A DNA stretch of 64,000 nt from Phoronis australis (taxonomy: Eukaryota > Animalia > Phoronida). Shown here piece after piece: positions 1 through 12,060 of this stretch. Numbering within the stretch: the first letter of the stretch is position 1; the number at the start of each line of letters is the position of its first letter. The notes beneath the pieces are model-generated. The model ran no database searches, was not told the DNA's origin, and saw nothing but the letters and a program-made list of their open reading frames with translations. The stretch covers positions 336,333-400,332 of the forward strand of contig NMRA01000425.1 in the NCBI GenBank assembly GCA_002633005.1, in the 5' to 3' direction. The position numbers and the translations under genes are program-made.

Positions 1-43
1 GCTAATTGCAGAGACACAGAATATGTGAGTGGCCATAAATTAC

Positions 44-3000
44 CTTCCTAGCCCAATTAAGCAGGTCGTCAACCCTGGCCAGGGCATACTCTGCCTTGTT
101 GTTAGGAGCTTGAAAAGGAGAGTAAGGCTTTTTATCAGCAACAGCTGTCTCTGTGCTTTGACATCGCTTTGGTATTACGCTGGAAGAAACAGTGCAATAA
201 ATTTGAGCTTGTTGATGGAAAAGTACATTTCTATCAATCAATCAACAATTTATCACCTGACAAAAAGTCGGGCTCAGGTACTTCAACATTTCTTGCAATA
301 CAAAACGAAGAGAACTGTTTTATACAGAGGATAACACTTTCACCACCATGTTCCTTAAGGTGATTTAAAAAGAATGCAAAGTTGGTTGCCATGTTTGTTA
401 TCACAAAAACGCACCACGTTTGTAATCACATGCTTACAACCGTTTCATCTACGACTGGGAGTACAACCTTTGATAAAATGGGCCCTTGGGGCAAGGATCT
501 AATCCTCTCAACTTAAGCAGTCACACTGCATGATCACAGTACAAATTTGCAAGTTTACTAGAGGCGAGCTATGCAATTGGTCAATGTTCGGGTCGAGTTT
601 CGAGTACTGAGAACAGACCCAGGCTCTAGCGACAAGAGAATTTTTCATGTGGTATACTTATAAAAACAACAATGTATACATTACTCACTACTACTGGATT
701 TTTCAGTACCAAAGTTTCATTTTACAAAACAACACAGCTCTCTACTGTATTGCACTTCCTGAATGGGAGCTTAAGAGCAAAACAATAACAGCAAGAAAAT
801 GGATGACAACTCTTGGACAATTCAGGGATATCATCAGCGGAGGTGCTTTTGTATTTCATATGCTATGTTGGACTACTGTCGGCTTGTAAACATACCGTGA
901 CATCACAGATAATAAAAAACAGTACTCATCACTACAGTACACCAGAATTGAAGAAACGCGTTACTGTAACCTGATTTTAGTGCAAGTATGACATGGCAGC
1001 CATCATACAAAAAAGCAATTGAAAGTGGGCCTAAAAATGCATTGAATTAATAAGGTTAGCGAATTTTGGCTCATTCACTAGATATCTGTGATGTCACCCG
1101 ATATGCCCGAGCCAAAAACGCCAAAAAACAAATTTTAAAAAAAAAAGCAGTGCTGTAGATGAAATCAGCCCCAATAGACCTTACGCCAGCAGAAGATAGC
1201 TCCGCCTATGATGTCACATGATGCGGAAGTCTGACATCAGAAAATGGCTTCGTCAAGCAAGACCGGTGTGCTAACTGATATTCACGCAGACTTTGGCGAA
1301 CATTATCTTCCCTATGAATCTCGCCATGACAAAAAAGGCAAGAGCCTTCAGAAAAGGTTCCTATGGGAACAGGGTGAAGATTTACATCGCCCGTGGATGT
1401 TTCAGAAGTCAACGCAAATCCGACGAGCCTCATAGCCGGAGCTGACATCAGCGTCGACAAAAACTGTACGAATGCGGTTAAAAATAATAATAAAAATTCT
1501 TAATGAATAACAATTCTTCCCTCAAAGCTGGGGACTGTAACAGTTTGGCTGAGAATTTCGTGTCTGATGGTTGAGCCGGTGCCGTGACAGACACTTGTAA
1601 CAAGTCGAAATTCGGAGTAACTGTAACCAGTCAAATTAACATTTCAAATGTAGTGATTTTGATGAAGCAACACCAGCCTAACCTGGTCAGTACTTGTCAT
1701 GTGGTGACCGTGATTATGACCTCTGAAATCAGACTAAACAAAGCCCACTTGCCGACTGCGGAATGTTGCCAATCTGTTGTTTTATATCTGAGTTATATAC
1801 TACGTACATGTCAACCACTAATACGGGCACTGCATACTTACTCAGTACGTGCTTGCCGTTTCTGTAGTGCCACGGCGTAGCGCCAAAATGCTACATATTT
1901 TCGGTAATTAATGTGCATTTTTCTCTGATGTTCATAATAAAGTTTTCAATCCTTCGCTTTGGCTTTTACTGGCAATCTTTGTCGAGATAATAACATATCA
2001 CGAGCCTTGCTCGACAGGGCCAAGACTGAAGAGTTACGAAAGAATAGGAATAAGCCTATAACAACACTCACAGTCAGTACAGAATATGTAGATGTAAGAG
2101 CCTCTAATAGGTAAGTTGGTAGGCATGCAATGCATTTCGACTCTTGATTGACTATATTTTAACTTGTTTCTGTCAGTGCTATGGAAATGGTTGTCATGTA
2201 TGGTTATAATTAACCAGAAAGTGATCGCAGAGGCGGCGGGTCACACACTGAACAAAGACTGTAATCCAGAACCAAAAATCCAATATTGGGAAGAAATATT
2301 AAGAAAGTGCATACTTTAGAACATACTTGCGTTAAAGCTTTCGAGTGGTCAAACAATGTTGACAGGTTAGGCTGCTCGTGCGGGAATACACACGGTTTAA
2401 TTAATCCACCGTTTGCTCATTACAATGTCACTTATAGGCTTAGGAAAAGGCCAAAAATTGACAGGACTTTCATCTCTGTCTGAATTACACACACCACAAC
2501 ACCACCTCTTGGCCATTTATAATGCACATTGTAGTTGAACGTGTTTTTTCATACAGCCGCTAACGTTTGTCAGACAAGATGACAACTTGAACTGCAGTCT
2601 GGAGGAGTGTCCGGAATGCAGCATTCTGATTGGTCAGTCACACTTGTCATTCATTTTCTGGCGTAAGGTCAATTCCATCACAACACAATAAACAAGAGCA
2701 ACACAAAGCATTGAAATGTGTCCACGAATGCCCTGTAAATGGTGTGTTTCTTGTTAAACTTAATAAAGATCCTGCAGTCAGTTTAAGAGATACAGCTATG
2801 GCCGCAAAACAAACTGCTACTAGGAGGTGCCACAGAAGTCAAAGTCACCAGAAAATTATCATCAACTGTCCTCTTCACACTAGGGACTCCGACATATATG
2901 CCAATTTTTCAAAATCATCCTTAGAGTGGTTAGGTTGATAGAGGGGTGGAGGCCAAAAGCAGACTATAAAACAATAAAAATGGCCACTAGATGGCGCAAA

Positions 3001-6000
3001 ATAGTCAAATCCATCCCAAAACGGGAACATGTCATCGTTTCCTTAACAGAAAGCTATTTCCAAAATTTCATAAAACCTATCAAAGAACTTCAGAGAAACA
3101 GAAAAACGGAAAAAAATGAAATTGCCACAAGGGGGCACAGCATTCGTCAGATCCATTCATCGTGCATTGTCAACTTCATATAAACACACTTGCTAAATTT
3201 AATAAAGATCCTGCAATGGGTTTAGCACATACAGCTATGGGCGCAGAAAAAAAATCTGCCACTAGGAGGCGCCACAGAAGTCAAAGTCGTCAGAAAATCA
3301 TCATCAGCTGTCCTCTTCACACTAAGAACATATATGCCAATTTTCACAATCATCCTTACTTAGAGTGGTTTGGTTGATAGAAGGGTGGATGCCGAAACAG
3401 CAACAATGACCACTAGGTGATGCAATATACCTCAAATCCGTCCGAAAACAGGATGACAGCTTTGCCTATGTGCCAAATTTCATGAAAATCCATTGAGGAC
3501 CTTTGAAGAGGTAAACGTAAAAACTTAAATTGCCACTAGGGAGCACAGTGGTAATCGGATCCGTCCGAAAATCGTCGTCATCTGTCATCACCCTAGTAGG
3601 AACACACCTACCAAATCTCATCAAGATCGTGTAAGGGGTTTAGGAGATACAGCTGCGAACATCGAATGCCTGACGCCCAGACAGAGATAATGACAATATC
3701 CACCCACATATAAATAAATAAGACACATGGCAGTTGAACATCATGCTCTGTTGCTGACACTTGTTTTCCTGAAAAACGTGTTTTGCTTTTAAATTAAGAG
3801 AACTACGCTAACATCTGTAACACAGCATGCCCCACCGAGTCCATGCCTGTATACTGTGTTCACAGTCCAGGCTGAATTTTATTGGATGTGTAAGACATGT
3901 TTTGTTAGTCCGGCACACTCTTGGCAGTCGGTGAGCTGTGTTTGCGAATTAACAGGGCCCATGACTGAGCTGAGTTTACATGTACAAGTGAAGGAACAAA
4001 ATTTATGAATTGCGGCAGCTGAGTTGTTTGGTTAGCCTGTAACTGACCCCATACCTTAATCCATTAGAATCTTGTGTTTTCTGATGGAATAAATGTGAAG
4101 ACGGAATGGTCAGTGTACCAAGATGCCTCTTAAGAGCGTCTCGGAAGATGGCCTGTCTGAGAACTGAAAGAGAAAATAGCCTTAGTCAATCAGTAATATT
4201 AAATCATTATTGCATGTTCTATTCAATAAAAGACTCAACACAAAGAATAGTGTCAACTCGCCAAATTTGACCTGGCAGAATTCCCCCAGTTGCGACAGTT
4301 TATTTGTCATTGGTTGGAAATAGTGGTCCCTGATTAAGGGATCCAGTCAATGACTGAACAACAAGATGGTTGATGAGTGAATGAAACTTGTGAACTCTAA
4401 ATCAGAAACCAGTGACTATATCTGACCAGTGTGCCATTCATTTCATTGCCTAGGTCCGATTTGGTGGTCTGTAGGAAATTACATCGCCACATCAGTACCA
4501 CATAAAGGTAATCATCTCAAAATATAGCCAATAAGATAGAATGAAACATGCATACATACACACTGAGATAAATTTAACATGGAGACAATTCAGCCAATAT
4601 AATTTGAAAATGGCCATTAAAATGTGCCGCAGTTCATTTAGTGCCATTTTGAGGAAGTTGCACGAAATCAACCCTGTTGACGAACAAACAGTCCAAGGGC
4701 AAGGGACACAAGTCATATAAATTCCACCCAATATCTTCCCACGCTACATTTTGCAAGTGCAGTGTCACGCACTTCGCTAAATCTTGCGCTTGTCCTTGCC
4801 TATCTCAGTGACTTCAACTGTGGTTAATGCGCGCGGCGAACAGGTTAACGGCAACCAAAAAGTGGAGTTGGAATTCTTCGCCACAGTCGTCTTACTTCCC
4901 GTAGACGTGTGATAATTTTAAGTGTAAAATGTGTGTTTGACGAGGTGAAAACATCTTATTCGGTGAACATATTTGACCCATTCAAAATACGTAAGACGAA
5001 ATTAGGAAGAGTCTTCGAGACCAATACCATGGCCATGGACATGGGGAGACGGAGTGATGTATTTGGCACAGCTCAGATATAGCGGCACCTGAATAAGAGA
5101 ACCAAGACAATCAATGAGACGGTTCTTGAGTGGGTGGAACTAGTTGTCGAAATCAGTGAGCCGTTCATGCCTTGGTCGGCTTGGTCAGTCCACAGGCGTC
5201 CTCAGCTGATCGTCCCCAATACACTACATATAATACTACAAGGTATGACACTCTCGACCAGAAATTCCACGGGTGCTTCACTTCAGCCGTCCATATCAAA
5301 CACAAAACTCAATAAATTTACACAAAACAGGGGTCCAACAAACCAGGAGAAATTGCTCTTTCTTATAATACCATTCACGGTGTCCTGCTCCAGCAAGTTC
5401 GCAAAAAATTCGCAGTCAAAGCTCAAAAATATTCCCAAAAAGCCCAAACACACTTTGCATTTTATATATGAGCCTCTGTTAGCCACTCACTAACGGGCAA
5501 TTGCCTATTAGCTGAATGGTTAGCACACTTGCCGGTTTTATGGGGGTCGCTGGTTCGATTCCCGAGTCGGGTGATCTCGGCTATTACTACAAATGGCGTA
5601 GTCGGCAAACGGATGATCTACCGATGAAGCACTGCCAACTAGTACCCGTGGACCTCGGGGCGGCGCGCATGGAAGGTTGCAGGAATCAAGGACCTGTGTA
5701 TGAGAGACTACCTTGTGTTCACCTGTGATTTGTGGTGGTAAAAGTACCAAGGGACGTTGATGACCTACGTATGGGGTACATCCTGGCGTTCACCTTCCTG
5801 GTGACGTGCCCGTTCCATAGGAAAGGGGGGAATGTTGTAGACGTGCTTCTGGTGAATCATATATGAGCCTCTGTTAGCCACTCGCTGATGGGCAATTGCC
5901 TATTAGCTAAATGGTTAGCACGCTTGCCGGGTTTTATGGGGGTTGCTGGTTCGATTCCCGAGTCGGGTGATCTCGGCTATTACTACAATATGGACGGCGG

Positions 6001-7126
6001 AATTGAAGCACCCGTGGAATTTCTAGTCCCGAGTGTCATAACTTGTAGTATTATATGTATTGGGTAATTGTTTACAATATGACGACAATAAGTTGCACAT
6101 ATGATTTTGGTATCGTTAGATTCCTCATGTTGTCACCTTTCCAAAAAATATATGAATTGATACCCTACCGCGTTTCCTTCATATTTTATCGTCGAATTTC
6201 AGTTAGCACTATTTCCTGGTGGACACCGCCATGTTAGTTCAACTCAAGATAAAAGCGACACCTATTGTTATTGAATGAAACAGCATCATTGATTCTGAAT
6301 GGTGGTTGCCCGCGCGAAATTCCCGCTAAAGTTTTCCTGACATAATATGGTGCATGCACAAGTAGAAGCATTTTACCTTTTCCATTTTTTTAGAATTGTG
6401 ACCATTCAGTGACCATTTTTCCATGAAACTGTCTGAAGTGATACTTTTTTCACAAATCTGGACCTCAAAAACAACCTCCGCTTTTTGGCAGATTCTTGCT
6501 AGCAGATGTGTATATCAGGGTCACAGGATCGAATTCGAACCCTTGGTTACGTAACTCGGGCAGTGGATTGACGGGTCTCGGTCAATTTGAACTTATGAAA
6601 AGCGATGATCTGCAAGTCGGTAGATTAGTTCAGTTTTTGACCGCCAGGTGACTCCTTATCCATTCAAAATGGCGGTATTACTACAGAGTACCAGGAAATA
6701 GTGCGAGCAGAAATTTCACGATAAAAAACTAAGGGAACAGGGTAGGACAAATTTCTACGTATATTTGGAAAGATAACATTGCGAGGAATCGAACAATACC
6801 AAAATCATATGTCTAAGTCTTTGTCGTCGTATTGTAAACAATTACCATGTATTGTATTGGGAACGCGATCAGAAGCTGAGGACGCCTGTGGGTCGGTCGG
6901 TAGCGATACTATCCGATAGCGATGATGGCGACGGAGATTTTCTGTTACGTGAGTTAAAACAAGGGTACTGAGAGCGGGATTCCATTTTCGATCTGGTTTG
7001 TAAAATCTATACAATAGAGTTGAACAGGGTTAACAGTTCATAAACTCTCATTGTGACAGGTAAATGAATAAATACACACGAAAACTCGCAGAAAGCTAAT
7101 CGACACAAACCTGATAGAGACGCCAT
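44..7126 (-). CDS. NDUFS7: NADH:ubiquinone oxidoreductase core subunit S7 (PSST), 5' part: exons 7126-7111, 4163-4055, 179-44; continues beyond the left edge
   Basis: Spliced translation MASLS|VLRQAIFRDALKRHLGTLTIPSSHLFHQKTQDSNGLS|VIPKRCQSTETAVADKKPYSPFQAPNNKAEYALARVDDLLNWARK. EYALARVDDLLNWAR matches the PSST motif preceding SLWPMTFGLACC. N-terminus is basic and presequence-like. All introns are GT-AG with matching phases (1, 2, 0). Confidence 0.9.
2691..3715 (+). mobile_element. Helentron-associated non-autonomous element (HINE-like), family A, degenerate copy
   Basis: Starts AACAAGAGCAAC, has ~430-bp internal tandem units (GCCACTAGGAGGCGCCACAG core) and a truncated 3' CCCACATATAAATA hairpin. 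Same family as 35179-36932 and 61535-63039. Confidence 0.65.
5225..6059. mobile_element. MITE with ~70-bp terminal inverted repeats hosting a TRIM
   Basis: 5225-5296 (TACATATAATACTACAAGGTATGACACTC...CCGTCCATAT) is the reverse complement, with few mismatches, of 5988-6059. Confidence 0.7.
5465..5987 (+). mobile_element. TRIM (miniature LTR retrotransposon) with tRNA-like LTRs, Helenus-like
   Basis: Direct repeats 5465-5591 and 5833-5987 (TG..TACTACA) carry an A box (TAGCTGAATGG) and a B box (GGTTCGATTCC). PBS TGGCGTAGTCGGCA at 5594-5607 is complementary to the tRNA-Ser 3' end. PPT AGGAAAGGGGGGAA at 5819-5832. Confidence 0.8.
6060..6855. repeat. Degenerate ~180-bp inverted repeat pair (old DNA-transposon arms)
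   Basis: 6060-6235 is reverse-complementary to 6665-6855 (GGTAATTGTTTACAATATGACGACAA / TTGTCGTCGTATTGTAAACAATTACC). Confidence 0.55.
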
Positions 7127-7418
7127 CTTGATAACCGACTACTTCGCCCCCTTGAGGTTATTTTGTGTTGTACAGTTTAGACATGTCGGAAACGAGGCGA
7201 ACACCAGTACCAGTCCCGGATACTGGTGTAAAAGGTTCTTGTGTCTTTTAGCTCCTTATTTACGAGAAAACGGTTTTCCAGTAGGAAATTTCTGGGAGTA
7301 TGATATATATATATACATATACATATATATATTTGTCTTACAGTAAAACGCCATGATGGTTAAATTTTATTTCCTCTTGTTCTACCACGACTAAGCCTTC
7401 GCGCTATTTGAAGCCAGT

Positions 7419-10337
7419 TAGACCGGCAGCTCAGAGCACTTAGCATAGATGAACGAGGTACCAACATCTGACCACGGGAGTATTTAAAGTCCACCTCAGT
7501 ATGTACAGAAATGGACGTCTGCCGTTGTCTGCACTCTGGGTGTGACCCCTGGGGGCCTTACAAAGAGCCCAAAAAATGAGCTAAACTAGATATTCGAGGT
7601 ACCAACCATGAAACTGATTTAAAATGAACAATAGTACCACACTGAACACCGAATGACCTATGACAGACAAATTGCACTCTGGAATAGGTCCGGCAGAAAC
7701 CAAAAAAGGACCCCCCCAAAAATGAGCTAGCACATACATTCGAGGTACCACACAAAACCAATTCCATGTGATTCAATACATGTCACAGCTCACTAAAACC
7801 CGATGACAGACAAAATACACTCTGGCCGTCGGTGCCCGGCAGAAACTCCCAAAAATCTCAACCACGGTATGCCATCAAAAATTTGAGCTAGACTAGATTT
7901 TCGAGGTACCGGCCAAAACTGATTTAAAATGAACAATAGTACCGCACTGAACACCAAATGACCCATGACAGACAAATTGCACTCTGGAATCGGTCCGGCA
8001 GAAACCAAAAAAGGACCCCCCAAAAATGAGCTAGCACATATACATTCGAGGTACCACACAAAAACAATTCCATGTGATTCAATACATGTCACAGATCACT
8101 AAAACCCCTATGACAGACAAAATACACTCTGGGTTGTGCCCGGCAGAAACCCCCAAAAATCTCAAGGGTATGCCATCAAAATTTGATCTAGACTAGATTT
8201 GCGAGGTACCGGCCAAAACTGATTTAAAACGAACAATAGTACCGCACTGAACTCCAAATGACCCATGACAGACAAATTGCACACTGGAATCGGTCCAGCA
8301 GAAACCAAAAAAGGACACACCCCCAAAAAATGAGCTAGCACATACATTTCAGGTACCACACAAAACCAATTCCATAAGGTTCAACACATGTCACAGGTCA
8401 CTAAATGCCCTATGACAGACAAAATATACTCTGGATTGTGCCTGGAAGAAACCCTCAAAAATCTCAACCACAATATATGCTATCAAAACTTTGAGGTACA
8501 TTAGATACCTGAGGTACCGGCTAAAACTGACTTAAAACCAATAATCCACCAGATGACCNGCGCGCATGAAATCTCACCACCATTTACTGATTTTTGACGT
8601 GAAACTGGGCATTTTGGTTTAACACCATGAAAACATTTGAAATTATTTTCGTTGCTTTTATGAACTATATTTTATCAATTACAGTTATTACCTTGTTCAT
8701 TTTTCCGGTCATCTCTATTAATTTCAGATATCGGCCCGTCATTGACATCTTTGAATCCTCCCTTCATTAAATAGGAGGCATATGTCTTCTAATTTTCTTC
8801 CGTCTGGGACATCTACGCTTATTAACTCTGAGAAGAAGCTGATAAGTGTCCCAGATGAGTCTTTCATCAGGATTTCCAGAGGCCTCACATTTCCTTTCCT
8901 AAACAGTGCTGCTGTGACGCCACACCCTGTCATTGTATGCAATTTTCAGGCAATGCTGCAGCGAGACCCCTTGTTACCGAAACGCATCGTTGTTTATATA
9001 TGTATTTAAATAGCATTGGGACTCCACCGCGTGGTTAGGGGGGATTTGTATTTTATCACGGAAGACATGTCGGCCATCGACAAATGACTCGGCGAAACTA
9101 AAACATTGCAAACACTATACACTACACTGAATTTCGACATAATGTAAAAATTTCTTCAAAAAGTTACCACTAGACATCTTGACACCCGTCTGCTTTTCGC
9201 TTTTAGTGATCATGAGAGTAAACACAGGCTTTAGTGAAAGAAAGTTCTTTATAATTAATTTTTGTTTCCTGCGGTCCCGCTTTTTGCAGTTAACTTAATA
9301 AATACACCACTTTTGTCACCAATTGTGTACTTCGATTTTCGTGGTGCAATTTTTAACATCTTGTTGTCCAGTTGTTTGGATTTTCCACCCGAGTACTTGA
9401 ACTAGCAGGGGAAAGCTGCATGGACGATTGTACCTCCATTTTTAAGGTCCTTTCTGGGTTTTTTGCCCACTACTTCCGAGTAAAATTTGTCTTTCACGGG
9501 TCATTGGGTGTTCAGTGCAGCACGATTGTTGGTTTTAAATCAGTTTAAGCCGATACCTTGAAAATCTAACTGTCTCAAAAATGGCAAACCGTGGTTGAGA
9601 TTTTTGACGGTTTCTGCCAGGCTCAATCCAGAGTGTATTTTGTCTGCCGGTCATAGGGGTTTTAGTGATCTGTGACATGTATTGAATCATATGGAATTGG
9701 TTTTGTGTGGTACCTCGAATGTTGTGCTAGCTTATTTTTGGGGGGTTCTTTTTTGGTTTCTGCCGGACCCATTCCAGAGTGCAATTTGTCTGTCATGAGT
9801 CATTTGGTGTTCAGTGCGGTACTATTGTTCGTTTTAAATCAGTTTTGGCCGGTACATCGAAAATCTAGTCTAGCTCAAATTTTTGATGGCATACCGTGGT
9901 TGAGATTTTTGGGGATTTCTGCCGGGCACAATACAGAGTGTAATTTGTCTGTCATAGGGCATTTAGTGATCTGTGACATGTACTGAATCATACGGAATTG
10001 GTTTTGTGTGGTACCTCGAATGTATGTGCTAGCTCATTTTTTGGGGGTCCTTTTTCGGTTTCTGCCGGACCTATTCCAGAGTGCAATTTGTCTGTCATGG
10101 GTCATTCGGTGTTCAGTGCGGTACTATTGTTCGTTTTAAATCAGTTTTGGTTGGTACCTCGAATATCTAGTCTAGCTCCTTTTTTGGGCTCTTAGTGAGG
10201 CCCCCAGGGGTCACACCCAGAGTGCAGACAACGGCAGACGTCCATTTCTGTACATACTGAGGTGGACCTTAAATGCTCCCGTGGTCAGATGTTGGTACCT
10301 CGTTCATCTATGCTAAGTGCTCTGGGCTGCCGGTCTA
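7419..10337. mobile_element. Academ (XPG-type) DNA transposon derivative with long foldback arms
   Basis: Termini TAGACCGGCAGC..GCTGCCGGTCTA, flanked by AGT on both sides (3-bp TSD). Arms of ~0.9-1.1 kb are built from ~300-bp subterminal tandem units. Internal minus-strand HTMTGCGVTAALFRKG resembles the H.FTGCD.TS.F..KGK XPG/H3TH motif. N at 8559. Confidence 0.75.
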
Positions 10338-11149
10338 AGTGACAAGCACCATGTATTTTTATAAATTCTCCCTTTGCCAGCTAAATTCATATATTATTAC
10401 ATTTTCGCATGATATTTTTTCTGGTACCTTATGTTCAAAGTTTCAACTTGAAATTTGTTCAGTCTTATTCGGGACTCATCAGTTTGCGGTCTACTTTATT
10501 CCTTCATTTATGTTGTCAACTAAACTCCGGAGACGGAACTGCGCACATATATCCCGGCTCTGAACTTGACAAAGCGCCAAACTGGTCATATCAGGGTAAA
10601 TCTTGTCGGTTTCCTCGTCAATAGAACCTCAGTGAACACCATTTCACATAACTGCATTAGGTTTAATCGAAAACATAGTGCTTGCCAAACAAAAGTGGGA
10701 TTTTTAAGTTACCTAGACAACATGGAAGACAGACTCGCCATTTGTCGAATTCGCAATTTTAGATCGTTGGCTAACCACAATACTCTGACGAGTGTTCTCG
10801 AACCGCTGACAGTTTCGATTTCCTTGTTGGTATCGGGAATAGAACCCTACCACGGTAAGGAATGTTATGAGTTTGATTTATTGAGACCAAAAATGCCTAA
10901 TTAATTGATATTTTCCAAAAGATACCAAATCCAAATTTGAACACAAGGTTTTGCTCACCAATTTGTTCAGCCAATTCATTTTAAGAACATGCAATTTCAA
11001 GAAAAAACACACAAAGTTAGGCGAAAAGGCATAATTGGAAACCGTTTCCAGGCTGTTTTTACAAGTATCACCTGTTGGTCGATCTAATCGACGGGTTGGG
11101 CGGGGACGGTCATCATGAGATATTAGGCTTAATTGTTAGAGTTGGGATC

Positions 11150-11395
11150 AGCATTAGAGTGAGGCTTAGTGTAAGCTAGGGTGAGGGTTAGGGTTAGACT
11201 TAGGCTTAGGCTTAGTATTAGGGTCAGGGTCAGGGTTAAAGGTTAAAGTTAGGGTTAGGAGTTAGTGGTAATTAAGGTTTAGTTTTACGGCTGAGGTAAG
11301 GTTAGGGTTCGGGCTATCGTTAGGATTGGGGTTCCGGGTTTGGGTTAGGGATTCGGATTAGAATTAGGGTTAGGGTTATCGTATAAAGTTAGGGA
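11150..11395 (+). repeat. Degenerate interstitial (TTAGGG)n-like tract
   Basis: GTTAGGGTTAGACTTAGGCTTAGG...GTTAGGGTTAGG: 6-mer periodicity with many substitutions. Confidence 0.7.
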
Positions 11396-11879
11396 ATTTT
11401 GGCACAATAAAGGTACCCTTCGACAAGTGGAAACTGCAAACATCTGGTTAGTAGTAACACTTTTAACTCAAATTTCTGGTATCTACTCGCAGTGCAAGAG
11501 CGCGTTTCGATTCTCGAATCCTCTCTTGCACGACAGGACAGTTATGAATTTGTGATTTGAGATCAATAAAGTCTAGGACCAATATATGTATATTGCTCCC
11601 AGATAAAGCCGAACTGTCATTTTTGGTCATTTTTGCTATCTAGTTTTTCGTTAATCCAGTTGCCATCACAATAATTAGATATGCAGTTCTGAGTTTAACG
11701 CACGAAGAAATGAACTCAACGTGGCCGCTATTCGCGTCGACTTTGGTTTGACAATCAGGGTAAAACTTCAGGGGTTGCAGTCTTCAGTTGGAGACATTTG
11801 CATACTATTCGACACTGAACGTGGTTAGAGAATTAAATCGAGATTCCCATAAAAGGTTACTTTTCCTTGTTTGGAATTG

Positions 11880-12060
11880 GATGGCAGAGGTGAGGAGACA
11901 ACGACTAATTTAAAGAAATGATACCAAGAAAGGCGATGGGTCTGCTGGCATAACTAGTACCATATTGAAAATGTGTGCCCAACCACTAGCAATTCCAATT
12001 GCTAGCTTTTCCATCCAGCTGAAAGGCTGGGATTATGATCTCCGATCACAAGAAAGATTC
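11880..12060 (+). mobile_element. Degenerate LINE reverse-transcriptase fragment
   Basis: Translates approximately to KAMG..GITSTILKMCAQPLAIPIASF, resembling the KA.GPDGI...LK.CA..L..PL..LFN region of CR1/L2-type RT. Confidence 0.5.

Noticed and set aside
4366-4427. C/D-box snoRNA-like motif (TGATGA..CTGA with short terminal stem)
   Set aside because: Antisense to the host NDUFS7 intron and no recognisable rRNA guide; likely chance.
5500-5575. tRNA gene
   Set aside because: A and B boxes are present but there is no clean cloverleaf or anticodon arm, and it is duplicated as part of LTRs.
7183-7240. Divergent plus-strand gene start next to NDUFS7
   Set aside because: ATG is only ~56 bp from the NDUFS7 ATG, donor is weak and no downstream exons were found.
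10500-10741. Minus-strand ATGGCG..AG|GTAACT first-exon-like signal
   Set aside because: The next candidate exon hits stops; no coherent gene, probably a decayed transposon gene.
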